A stretch of 64,000 nucleotides of DNA from Planctomycetota bacterium (GTDB taxonomy: Bacteria > Planctomycetota > UBA1135 > UBA2386): NCBI GenBank assembly GCA_965223545.1, contig OZ245006.1, forward strand, positions 2,944,001-3,008,000. The letters are read 5' to 3'. The translations under genes and the position numbers were made by a program. Shown here piece by piece: positions 10,510 through 19,462 of this stretch. Positions within the stretch are counted from its first letter, which is position 1; each line of letters starts with the position of its first letter. The notes below the pieces were generated by a model. It saw only the letters and a list, made by a program, of their open reading frames with translations. It was not told where the DNA came from and ran no database searches.

Positions 10510-10927
10510 CCTCACGGCAGCAATCTGCAGCGAGGTGGGCGGCATCGGTGTCGTCGTCGACGCCGCCGGAATCGTGTCGATCACCGAAGCCTCGGCGATG
10601 GCCTGTGAGCAAAACAACGACAGCACCGCGAACCCACCCGTCGACGTCGCCATCTGCCTCGGCATCCGGGAGCAGGCGATGCACCGCCGGTGTGTGACCG
10701 CGCGGACACCGCGCGGCGACTGCACGCTGATCCTCGGCGCGAGCCTCGAGCTCGTCCAGATCGAAGAGGGCGCGCGGATGCCGCCCCCCGCCCTGCTGCG
10801 CGAGACCTTCGCCGCAAACGGCTGGCGCGGACTCGCCCTGGTCGACCGCAGGATCCACTTGCTGCTGTCGGCCAGCGATCTGGCCAGCGTCACGGCACCC
10901 GACCCGGCCGAGGAAGAGACGCCATGA
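10493..10927 (+). CDS. Divergent CheW-like protein (FrzB/WspD-like position)
   Basis: Overlaps both neighbours in the operon; VDVAICLG and GLALVDRRIHLLL loosely resemble CheW. Confidence 0.5.
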   Translation: MRSVSDLTAAICSEVGGIGVVVDAAGIVSITEASAMACEQNNDSTANPPVDVAICLGIREQAMHRRCVTARTPRGDCTLILGASLELVQIEEGARMPPPALLRETFAANGWRGLALVDRRIHLLLSASDLASVTAPDPAEEETP

Positions 10928-13119
10928 AGCCCGACGACAAGCTGTTGGCCCAGTTTGCCGCCATCGGGCAAGAACGGCTGGAGGTGCTCAACAACGGGCT
11001 GCTCAGCCTGGAGCGCGATGGCGGCGATGCGGACGCCGTGACCCGCGTCATGCGCGAGATCCACACGCTGAAGGGCGAGGGCCGAATGCTCGGCCTGGAA
11101 GGGTTGAGCGAAGTGGCGCACCGGACGGAGGACCTCTTGGTCCGGGCCCGTGACGCCGGCTTCGACGTGTCGCGCGAGTTGTTCGACGCGATCTACAGCG
11201 GACTCGATTGCCTGACCGCGATGATCACCGCGAGCGATGGCCACGACGACGACCGCGCGACGTTCCTGACCCTTGCCGCCGAGCTCCTGGGAGGGCCGGA
11301 GACAGGCGCGCGGGACGCAGTGGACGGCCCGGGTGGATCGATGGCAGGCCCCGGCGGCGTTGCGGAACCGACCAGCTCGGAACCCGTGACACCGCCGGGC
11401 AGAGACACCGCCCTGGACGACGGCGCGGAAGTGCTGCGCGTTCCACTGGCCAGGGTCGACGACCTCAGCCGGCGGGCAGCCGATCTCCTGCTGCGGCGCA
11501 GTCAGATCGAACGCATCGCGCACGACCTGGCTCGGCTCGGCGACGACTGGAGTGATGCCATCGATCGCCTGCAGATCGGAGACCGCACCAACGACGCGGC
11601 GCTGACCAGGCTGCGCGCGTTCGTCCGCGAGCAGGCGGACCGGATTCGCCTGCTGCAGGACGAAGACTTCGAGCTGGGGCAGAACGCGCAGGAGCTGCTC
11701 GACGGTCTGACCGATCTCCGCCTGCTCGAGTTGCGCCCGGTGCTCACGCAGTTCGCCACCGCGGCGCGGCGCATCGCCCGCGAACACGGCAAAGACGTGC
11801 GCGTGTCCACGGAGGGGACTCGGGTCACCGCCGACAAGGTCGTGCTCGAGCGCCTGCAGGACGCGCTGATCCACATCGTGCGCAACAGCATCGACCACGG
11901 CATCGAGACGCCTGCAGCCCGCGTCGCCGCCGGCAAGCCGGAGTGCGGGCACATCCGACTGGTGGCGCGCCACAGCGGCGGCTTCGTCGAAGTCACCGTC
12001 CACGACGACGGCCGCGGGATCGATCCGACGACGGTGCGCCGCGCGCTCGCCGAGCGCGGCCACATGCCGGCTGCCGAGATCGATGCCCTGTCGACGAAGG
12101 AACTCTTCGAGATCCTGTTCAAGCCTGGCTTCTCCACCCGCGCCGAGGTCAGCGAGCTGTCCGGGCGCGGCGTCGGCTTGGACGTGGTGCGCGAGCGCAT
12201 CGCCGAGGTCGGCGGCAGCGTCCATTTCGACAGCCAGCCCGGGATCGGGACCGAGATCGCGTTGCGCATGCCGATCAGTACGGCGATCGCGGACGTGCTG
12301 TTGGTGCGCATCAGCGCGGGCACGTTCGGTATCCCTTCGTCCAGCGTCGAGAGTGTCCACGTCGTGCAGCGGAAGGATCTGGTGCACGCCGGCCACGGGA
12401 CCGCCCTCCGCCTCGAGGATGGGCACGTGCCACTGCACGACCTCGACGACCTGCTCGGCTTCTCTGCTGGCGAGGCCCGCGGCGAAGAGCTGCCGGTCTT
12501 CGTCGCCCGCTGCGACGACGGTCGCGTCGCGGTCCGCGTCGACCGGTTCTTGGGCGAGCGACAAGTACTGCATCAGGCGGTGAACCCCCTGCTCGGTGGC
12601 CTCGACATCGTCACCGGCACCGTCACCCTCGACGGAGATCAGCTCGCCGCCTTGCTCGACGTGCAGCGGCTGGTGTCGACGCGCAGGCGCACACCGACCG
12701 GTGCTGTCGCGGACGAACCGTCGGGCGACCGCCGCTCGACGGTTCTGATCGCCGAGGATTCCGATCTGACGCGCGAGATGCTGGTGTCGGTCGTCAGTCG
12801 CCTCGGCTACGCCACCGTCGAAGCCGTCAACGGCCAGGACGCCCTCAACAAGGTCGCGCAGTCGTTGCCCGACCTCGTCGTCACCGATCTGGACATGCCC
12901 CTGCTCGACGGGTTCGGGCTGATTCGCGAGCTGCGGTCGCGACCGCCGAGCCAGGCGATTCCCGTCATCGTGGTCTCGACGCGCGATGGGGAGGACGCAC
13001 GACGCGCCGCGGCTGCCGCGGGCGCAAACGCCTACCTGGTCAAGAAGGCCTTCAAGGAGTCGGTGCTGCGCGAGCTGTTCGACACCGTGCTCCGCGCCGC
13101 TTCACCCGCAAAGGGCTGA
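10924..13119 (+). CDS. cheA: Hybrid CheA histidine kinase with C-terminal REC (FrzE/WspE-like)
   Basis: HPt REIHTLKG, HIVRNSIDHGIE, DDGRG, GFST...SGRGVGLDVV, CheW domain, REC (AEDS, TDLDMP). Confidence 0.95.
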   Translation: MKPDDKLLAQFAAIGQERLEVLNNGLLSLERDGGDADAVTRVMREIHTLKGEGRMLGLEGLSEVAHRTEDLLVRARDAGFDVSRELFDAIYSGLDCLTAMITASDGHDDDRATFLTLAAELLGGPETGARDAVDGPGGSMAGPGGVAEPTSSEPVTPPGRDTALDDGAEVLRVPLARVDDLSRRAADLLLRRSQIERIAHDLARLGDDWSDAIDRLQIGDRTNDAALTRLRAFVREQADRIRLLQDEDFELGQNAQELLDGLTDLRLLELRPVLTQFATAARRIAREHGKDVRVSTEGTRVTADKVVLERLQDALIHIVRNSIDHGIETPAARVAAGKPECGHIRLVARHSGGFVEVTVHDDGRGIDPTTVRRALAERGHMPAAEIDALSTKELFEILFKPGFSTRAEVSELSGRGVGLDVVRERIAEVGGSVHFDSQPGIGTEIALRMPISTAIADVLLVRISAGTFGIPSSSVESVHVVQRKDLVHAGHGTALRLEDGHVPLHDLDDLLGFSAGEARGEELPVFVARCDDGRVAVRVDRFLGERQVLHQAVNPLLGGLDIVTGTVTLDGDQLAALLDVQRLVSTRRRTPTGAVADEPSGDRRSTVLIAEDSDLTREMLVSVVSRLGYATVEAVNGQDALNKVAQSLPDLVVTDLDMPLLDGFGLIRELRSRPPSQAIPVIVVSTRDGEDARRAAAAAGANAYLVKKAFKESVLRELFDTVLRAASPAKG

Positions 13120-13181
13120 CCGGGCGCGCCGCGTGTGGCGCCCCCCTTGAATTCGGCCGAGGGCGCGTGGATAGCAGCGGC

Positions 13182-14156
13182 ATGTCCCACGCCATTATCC
13201 AGGAACGCACCGGCGGCCCCGACGTACTGCAGTGGCGCCCGAACGACGTCCCCGCCCCCGGACCGGGCGAGGCTCGCGTCCGACAAGTCGCCGTCGGCCT
13301 GAACTTCATCGACGTCTACGTCCGCACCGGCGCCTACCCGTTGCTCGCGCTGCCGGGCAGCCCGGGCATGGAGGCGGCCGGGGTCGTGGACGCGGTCGGC
13401 GCGGGCGTCGACCGCGTCCGCCCCGGCGATCGCGTGGTCTACGTCACGCCGGCGCCCGGCGCCTACGCGGAATCGCGCAACGTCGACGCCGACCGCCTCG
13501 TGCTGTTGCCAGAGGGCATCGACGAGGCGACCGCTGCCGCGACCTTCTTGAAGGGCCTGACCGCGATGATGCTGGTCCAACGGGTTCACACCGTCGCCGC
13601 CGGCGATCGCATCCTGGTGCACGCTGCCGGCGGGGCAACAGGGGGCTTCATCGCGCGCTGTGCGCGCCATCTGGGAGCGCTCGTGATCGGCACGGCGGGC
13701 GGCGAAGCCAAAGCCGAAGCCGCCCGGAACAACGGCTGCCACCACGTGATCGACTACCAGGACACGGAGTTCGTCGGCCGCGTTCAGCAATGCACGGATG
13801 GCCGGGGCGCGGATGTCGTGTTCGACGGGGTCGGTGCCGCAACGATCAACGGCTCGATCGAGGCCCTGGCGCCACGCGGACACCTGGTCTCCTTCGGCAA
13901 CGCCTCCGGCCCACCAGCGCCGATCGAGATCTCCGATCTGGCCGCCAAGAGCTTGTCGCTCTCTCGGCCAAGCCTGTTTCACTACATCGCCGAACCGGCC
14001 GAGCTCGACCTACTCGCGACACAGTGCTTCGACGCTCTCCGGCAAGGGCTGCTGCCGATCCAGCCCACGCACACCTTCGCGCTGGCCGAGGCAGCGGCCG
14101 CTCATCGAGCCCTCGAGGCCCGCGAGCTGGTCGGCCCGACGGTCCTGCTGGCGTAG
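13182..14156 (+). CDS. qor: NADPH:quinone oxidoreductase (zeta-crystallin/MDR family)
   Basis: GLNFIDVYVRTG, PGMEAAG, VHAAGGATG, FDGVG, SFGNASG. Confidence 0.93.
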   Translation: MSHAIIQERTGGPDVLQWRPNDVPAPGPGEARVRQVAVGLNFIDVYVRTGAYPLLALPGSPGMEAAGVVDAVGAGVDRVRPGDRVVYVTPAPGAYAESRNVDADRLVLLPEGIDEATAAATFLKGLTAMMLVQRVHTVAAGDRILVHAAGGATGGFIARCARHLGALVIGTAGGEAKAEAARNNGCHHVIDYQDTEFVGRVQQCTDGRGADVVFDGVGAATINGSIEALAPRGHLVSFGNASGPPAPIEISDLAAKSLSLSRPSLFHYIAEPAELDLLATQCFDALRQGLLPIQPTHTFALAEAAAAHRALEARELVGPTVLLA

Positions 14157-14291
14157 ACGACTCGGGGTCGAACACCGCGCCCCGCTTCAGCGCGGCGCCG
14201 GCTCGAGGTCGTCGATCTGCTGCAGGTAACGTGCATAAGGGTCGGCGCCGAGCCATCGTGGAGGTAGGGAGCCGTCGCCCAAAGACCGCGA
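14067..14291 (+). repeat. Left copy of ~304 bp direct duplication (intact qor 3' end plus a deleted remnant of the 3' end of the 28070-31651 gene)
   Basis: Matches 27843-28253 with about 6 substitutions counted by eye; lacks the 79 bp corresponding to 28112-28190. Confidence 0.95.
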
Positions 14292-14323
14292 GAAGACTGC
14301 GGCCAGAGAAATCCTCGTCGAGA

Positions 14324-14349
14324 TGATGGGACAACGAGCGTTCCCGCGC
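14324..14349 (+). promoter_or_regulatory. Candidate ECF promoter TGATGG-N11-TTC-N3-CGC, copy 1
   Basis: Ends 10 nt before ATG 14360; same motif and spacing at 19427-19452 (+) and 27822-27797 (-). Confidence 0.5.
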
Positions 14350-14359
14350 TGATGAACGC

Positions 14360-17236
14360 ATGCGCAGGGCGAATTACCAACGCGCGCTATCGATCCCATC
14401 GATTGCGCTTCCGCTGCTCCTTGCATCGGTGCTCAGCACCGGCTCTCGAGGCCAACACAAAGTAACGTTCGAGATCACCGGCACCAACTCCGGCGACGGG
14501 TGTGGCTACAGCCTGGCGTTCGCCGACGACGTCGATGGCGATGGCATCGGCGACCACTTCGTTGGCTACCGAGCCATTCGCCGGGTGAGAGCGGTGTCGG
14601 GCGCGAGCGGCCAGGTGCTGTGGACCGCGATTGGGCCAGACACGTTCGGGCATGCGATGGCGGTGATCGGTGACATCTCGGGCGATGGCGTCACCGATGT
14701 CGCGGTCGGAGCGCCGGGAGCCGACGACGCTGGCGTCGACTCCGGCCAGGTCTCCGTGCTATCGGGTGCGGACGGCACTGTGCTCCAGGCGGGGATCTTC
14801 CCGTTCCGGGCCCCGATGATCTGGAACGGCGACGCGGCTGGGGACGAATTCGGCTACAGCGTCGCTGGGTCCGACCTGACGCTCGACGGTTGCAAGGACA
14901 TCGTGGTCGGCGCGCCGCGTGCTGACACCTTGCTGATCGATCCCGGTATGGTCACCGCGTTCGACGCGAAGGCGGGAACCCGTCTGTTTCGCCATTACGG
15001 CGATGTGCTCGGCGAGCGACTGGGGCAGGCGGTGACAGAGCTGGGCGACGTCACCTCGGGGCCGGAGCCAGAGATTGCAGCGGGGGCGCCGCGATTCCAA
15101 AACGCCCGGGGGTCCGATGTGGGACGAGTCCAGGTACTGCAATGGAGTTCGGGGCCCGGCGTCGCGATCTTCGCGACGTTCGAGGGGATCAGCGCGGGTG
15201 AGCGATTCGGGTCGAGCGTGGTCGGCGTCGGTGATGTGAACATCGGCATTCCCCGGGACGGGGTTCCGGACCTCCTAATCGGGGCACCCAATGCCAAGGT
15301 CAGTGCTGGCAGCATCAACGACGGCAGAGTTCGGTTGCAGTCAGGAGGATTCCCATTCCCGTATCTCCAGGTACAAGAGAACACTCCAGGCGGCGGCTTT
15401 GGCACCAGACTGCTCGCGGCAGGTGACTTGAATGGGGACTCCGTCCCGGACTACGCGGTTGCGGCCACCAACGCAGACAGCCACGGCGAGGGCTCGGGGA
15501 GCGTCTTCGTCTACTCGGGAGCCGCTCCGGCCGAGCTCATCGCGGTGATCAGCGGCGACGAGCCACACGACAACTTCGGGTGGGCCATGACAGCGGGGGA
15601 CCGAGATGGCGTCAGAGAATTGTTCGTTGGAGTGCCGTTTCACGACACTCCGCAGGTCGGCGCCGGCCTCGTTCGAGGCGTCGACATCTTTCAGCTCGAG
15701 TCGGCGCACTCGATCGTCGCCTCCACTCAGCAAGTGACCTGCCAGTACGGCTGCCCTCCCGATCCCAACGAGTCGGCCTCCACCCGCAGTGCGATCCTCG
15801 GCGACGTCAACCTGGATGGGGCCTCCGAGTTCGCGATCGCTGTTCCAGGACGGGTCACGGTCTACTCGGGCGTCGATGGCACTGTGCTTTGGAGCGTCTC
15901 GTCGACGCCCGAGTTCGGCAGCTCCTTGGCTGCGGTCGGGGACGTAGACGGTGACGGCTTCGGCGACCTCCTGATCTCGGCCACTCCCCCGTCCCTCTCT
16001 CTCGTCAACCCGGGCTTCGTGGAGGTCTACTCGGGGGCCACCGGAGCACTCGTGCACCGCGTCGACGCAGGAACCTCGTACGTTGGATTCGGCGAGAGGA
16101 TCTTCCGCGTCGGCGACATCGACGGTGACGGTTACGCGGACTTCGGCCTTACGACCCACCCAGCCAGTAGTCCATCCCCGGTCACCCGCGTCCACATGTA
16201 CTCCGGGAGAACCGGACTCTACGACTGGGGACTCATAGTCTCGGCACCCGACGCACCGGCGGTCGGGATCGGCGACACCGATGGCGACGGCCTCGGCGAA
16301 GTCGCGATCGCCAACCAGCCCAACACAGTAACGATTTATGACGGCAACACGGCCGTGGCGCTCAGCGTCGCCCCCCCCATGTCGGTCTCGGAGGTCGCAG
16401 CCGTCGGGGACGTCACTGGGGATGGGGCGGGAGACTATGCAGTCGTGCGCCCGACTGGGCTCGCTGTGTTCTCCGGCGCAACGAGCAACTTTCTATGGAG
16501 CCTACAAGCAACCCCCGATGCGAGAGTCTTCAGCGCTGGAGACCACAACGGTGACGGAGTCCTCGACGTCGCATACGGCTCTCCGACGAGCAACGTCGTC
16601 CGTATTCACTCCGGGGATGACGGGAGGCTCTTGTGGTTGGTCAAGCCACCAGACACGAACGCTCGCTTCGCAGGCGTTGACCTGCATGCCGGCAGCGACA
16701 TCACGAGCGACGGCCGACCCGACGTCCTGATCGGCTACCTCGACAGGCAGTTGGTCTCGTTCGTACCACCGGTCACGATGCGTTACGCGCGAACCGTCAT
16801 CGCCGTACCAACACCCTTGTCCGGCGTTCCGCCTCGCGTGTTGCTTCAAGGAACGGGCTGCCCCGGCAGCGGTGGGCTACCGCAGCTCGACGTCCGCCCA
16901 CAGCCCGGGCTCGGCGAATCTGTGGACGTTTGGTTGCGCGCGGCACCTGGTGGAGCACCGGTAGCGATGTTCCTCGGACCCGCGGGAAACCTCGATCTCA
17001 CGGCGCTCGGCGCTCCTGGATGCACCAGCTTCATCGACATCGCAACGTCTCTCAGCGTGCTGGTCGGAGCCTCGGGTCAGGGGACTGCGCGCATTCCTCT
17101 GACGGTTCCTACGAACACCGCGTTGGTCGGCCGATCGGTCGTCGCTCAGTGGATCGTCGTCGACCCACCTGCAAACACTCTCGGCATCACCGTGTCCACG
17201 GCGCGCGAGCTCGCGATCGGTGAGTATCGCTCCTGA
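14360..17236 (+). CDS. Secreted FG-GAP/integrin-alpha repeat beta-propeller protein, paralog 1
   Basis: Signal peptide; many GDxxGDGxxD...VGAP repeats; C-terminal GTGCPG...LGAPGC...AQWIVVDPPANTLG domain. Confidence 0.88.
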   Translation: MRRANYQRALSIPSIALPLLLASVLSTGSRGQHKVTFEITGTNSGDGCGYSLAFADDVDGDGIGDHFVGYRAIRRVRAVSGASGQVLWTAIGPDTFGHAMAVIGDISGDGVTDVAVGAPGADDAGVDSGQVSVLSGADGTVLQAGIFPFRAPMIWNGDAAGDEFGYSVAGSDLTLDGCKDIVVGAPRADTLLIDPGMVTAFDAKAGTRLFRHYGDVLGERLGQAVTELGDVTSGPEPEIAAGAPRFQNARGSDVGRVQVLQWSSGPGVAIFATFEGISAGERFGSSVVGVGDVNIGIPRDGVPDLLIGAPNAKVSAGSINDGRVRLQSGGFPFPYLQVQENTPGGGFGTRLLAAGDLNGDSVPDYAVAATNADSHGEGSGSVFVYSGAAPAELIAVISGDEPHDNFGWAMTAGDRDGVRELFVGVPFHDTPQVGAGLVRGVDIFQLESAHSIVASTQQVTCQYGCPPDPNESASTRSAILGDVNLDGASEFAIAVPGRVTVYSGVDGTVLWSVSSTPEFGSSLAAVGDVDGDGFGDLLISATPPSLSLVNPGFVEVYSGATGALVHRVDAGTSYVGFGERIFRVGDIDGDGYADFGLTTHPASSPSPVTRVHMYSGRTGLYDWGLIVSAPDAPAVGIGDTDGDGLGEVAIANQPNTVTIYDGNTAVALSVAPPMSVSEVAAVGDVTGDGAGDYAVVRPTGLAVFSGATSNFLWSLQATPDARVFSAGDHNGDGVLDVAYGSPTSNVVRIHSGDDGRLLWLVKPPDTNARFAGVDLHAGSDITSDGRPDVLIGYLDRQLVSFVPPVTMRYARTVIAVPTPLSGVPPRVLLQGTGCPGSGGLPQLDVRPQPGLGESVDVWLRAAPGGAPVAMFLGPAGNLDLTALGAPGCTSFIDIATSLSVLVGASGQGTARIPLTVPTNTALVGRSVVAQWIVVDPPANTLGITVSTARELAIGEYRS

Positions 17237-17255
17237 TCCCGGAGGCACCTCCGAG

Positions 17256-18470
17256 ATGACTCCGCGACTCCGATCGGGCCACGACATCGCCGGAGTCTCG
17301 ATTGCCGGCGTCGGCTCGGCGCTCCCGGGCCGAGATCTCCCAGGCGTCCACCTCGACAACGCGAGACTTGCCGAACTGTCGGCAGCGGCGTGCGACCGGC
17401 TGGCCAGGGCTGGCGGCCCCCATCGCCCCGCAAGCACGCCCGACTTCCCCTGGCAGAGGATCGGGATCGCGAATCGTTGCGTCCTGGATCAGAGCTACAG
17501 CACCCGGGACTTGGCTGTCGCCGCGGCGCGAAACGCGCTGCGACACAGCGGCGTTTCGCGGACTGACATCGCAGCGGTCATCGTGAGCACCGTCACTCCC
17601 GATCGGATAGTCCCGGCAATCGCAACGTCAGTGCAAGAAGAGCTACATCTCCCACGCACCACGGCGAGCTTCGATCTAACGCTGGGGTGCAACGGATTCG
17701 TCGCGACTCTAGACGTTGCGACCTGCATGCTTCGCGCTCGACCGCGTTCGTCGGCCGCGCTCGTCATCGGCGCCGAGACCATGCTCCGCGTGCTCGATGC
17801 CTCCGATCGCACGACGTGCACGATCTTCGGAGATGGTGCCGGTGCGGTCGTCCTGCGCCGGTCCAGCCTGAACCGGGTGCAAGCGATCGCTACGTACACA
17901 CTCGGGGAGTTCGGGCCGCGCATAGAGATCAGCGCTCCGGAACAAGACGACACACCGGTCTATCGCTTTGTGGCTCGCAACGACCAGGTATCGATTGCGC
18001 GAGACCGCCGCAGCCGACAGCGCGTCAAGATGGACGGCAGGCGCGTATTCAGAGACATGGTGCGCATGATACCCGAGGTCGTGCACAGCTATCTCGACCG
18101 CCAGGGCTTGACCGTCAGCGACGTTGACCGGTTCGCCTTTCACCAGGCGAACGCCAAGATGATCGACGCAATCACACGAGTGATCGGTCTTCGCAACGAC
18201 GACTCTGTGCTGAGCAACATCAGTCAGCTCGGCAACACGACGAGCGCCTCGATCCCTCTCTTGCTGCAGGACGCTGCCGCGAACAAGAGGCTTAGCCCCG
18301 GAGACCGCGTACTGCTCGTCGGATTCGGTACCGGCTACTCGATCGGGATCGCGCTCGTCGAGTGGTCCTACGTTCCAACTCCCACTCGATGTCAGGAGAA
18401 GCAACTTGAACCGCACGATCTCCAACCGACGCAAGTCTCGCAGCAGGCTCACACGCACGGTTCTCGATGA
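17256..18470 (+). CDS. 3-oxoacyl-ACP synthase III (FabH-like)
   Basis: GGAGG RBS; catalytic Cys (LGCNGF), His (FHQAN), Asn (GNTTSAS); FGDGAGAVV. Confidence 0.9.
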   Translation: MTPRLRSGHDIAGVSIAGVGSALPGRDLPGVHLDNARLAELSAAACDRLARAGGPHRPASTPDFPWQRIGIANRCVLDQSYSTRDLAVAAARNALRHSGVSRTDIAAVIVSTVTPDRIVPAIATSVQEELHLPRTTASFDLTLGCNGFVATLDVATCMLRARPRSSAALVIGAETMLRVLDASDRTTCTIFGDGAGAVVLRRSSLNRVQAIATYTLGEFGPRIEISAPEQDDTPVYRFVARNDQVSIARDRRSRQRVKMDGRRVFRDMVRMIPEVVHSYLDRQGLTVSDVDRFAFHQANAKMIDAITRVIGLRNDDSVLSNISQLGNTTSASIPLLLQDAAANKRLSPGDRVLLVGFGTGYSIGIALVEWSYVPTPTRCQEKQLEPHDLQPTQVSQQAHTHGSR

Positions 18471-19353
18471 CTGCTACGAACGGCTGAAGTCGGCAGCGCC
18501 CCACGTCGGCATGCGCAATCTCTTCGGTGGTCTACAGAGGCTCCGCGAGTCGATGTCCGGAGAATCGTGGAAGGCGTTCTCCACCGGCGAGGCCATCGAC
18601 CACCCGGTGCGAGACTTGATCCATCAAGATCCGATGACCCGGCGCAGCTTCGACAAGCCGCGGGGGTACGCGGGCGACGCGGTGCTGCTGGACTACATCT
18701 ATCGGATCCGACAACCCGACGAGCAGTCGCCCTTTGCCAGCGTGGTCTACGACTACGCCTGCGGGCGTGCGGCTGCAAGCGCGGTGCGCCACCGGCGCGC
18801 ACTGCTGGCGCACTCCATAGAGCGTGCGGCCGACCGGACCGACGCCGGTGCCCACATTCTCTCGGTAGCCTGCGGCCACCTGCGTGAAGCAGAGCTGTCC
18901 GCGGCAGTTCGACGCGGCTGGGTAGACCGCTTCGTTGCCCTCGACGGCGACCCGCATAGCCTGAAAGAGATCGCGAGCTCTTGGGACGGACCAGTCGAAT
19001 GCGTCCACATGCAGGTTGCGCGGCTCCTCGGGCGTGCGTCACAGCTAGGCCGCTTCGACTTGATCTACTCGGCGGGCCTCTACGACTACCTCGATGACAA
19101 TCTCGCGATGCGACTAACCGGGTCCCTATTCGACACGCTACGCCCCGGCGGAACTCTCCTGCTGAGCAACTTCCTGCCTACGGTTCCCGATGCAGGGTAT
19201 ATGGAAAGCTACATGGGGTGGCAGCTTCTCTACCGGACGCCGGACGAACTTGCGGCCGTTGCTGAAGGGATCCCGCGGGGAAACGTCGCGCGAGCGCGCA
19301 CATTCCGTGACCCGTTCGATGCGATTGTCTACCTGGAAGTCGTAAGGAGTTGA
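18406..19353 (+). CDS. Class I SAM-dependent methyltransferase, PhcB-like
   Basis: AGGAG RBS; KPRGYAGD, ILSVACG, DLIYSAGLYDYL, MESYMGWQLLYR. Confidence 0.8.
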   Translation: MNRTISNRRKSRSRLTRTVLDDCYERLKSAAPHVGMRNLFGGLQRLRESMSGESWKAFSTGEAIDHPVRDLIHQDPMTRRSFDKPRGYAGDAVLLDYIYRIRQPDEQSPFASVVYDYACGRAAASAVRHRRALLAHSIERAADRTDAGAHILSVACGHLREAELSAAVRRGWVDRFVALDGDPHSLKEIASSWDGPVECVHMQVARLLGRASQLGRFDLIYSAGLYDYLDDNLAMRLTGSLFDTLRPGGTLLLSNFLPTVPDAGYMESYMGWQLLYRTPDELAAVAEGIPRGNVARARTFRDPFDAIVYLEVVRS

Positions 19354-19426
19354 GCTCACCACCGCGGCAGCGGTCACGGCACGATGCGTGTGACCGCGCC
19401 AGATTCATCGACGTTTGGCTCTCCGG

Positions 19427-19452
19427 TGATGGGGGGCTTGCGATTCCAGCGC
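19427..19452 (+). promoter_or_regulatory. Candidate ECF promoter TGATGG-N11-TTC-N3-CGC, copy 2
   Basis: Ends 10 nt before ATG 19463, the same geometry as copy 1. Confidence 0.5.
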
Positions 19453-19462
19453 TTTGGCAGGC

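Noticed and set aside
14187..14426. Short ORFs ending in YLQQIDDLEPAPR or containing GLWATAPYLHDGSAPTL, and 27791-28039 ending in RALEARELVGPTVLLA
   Set aside because: Translations of the duplicated gene ends, not independent genes.
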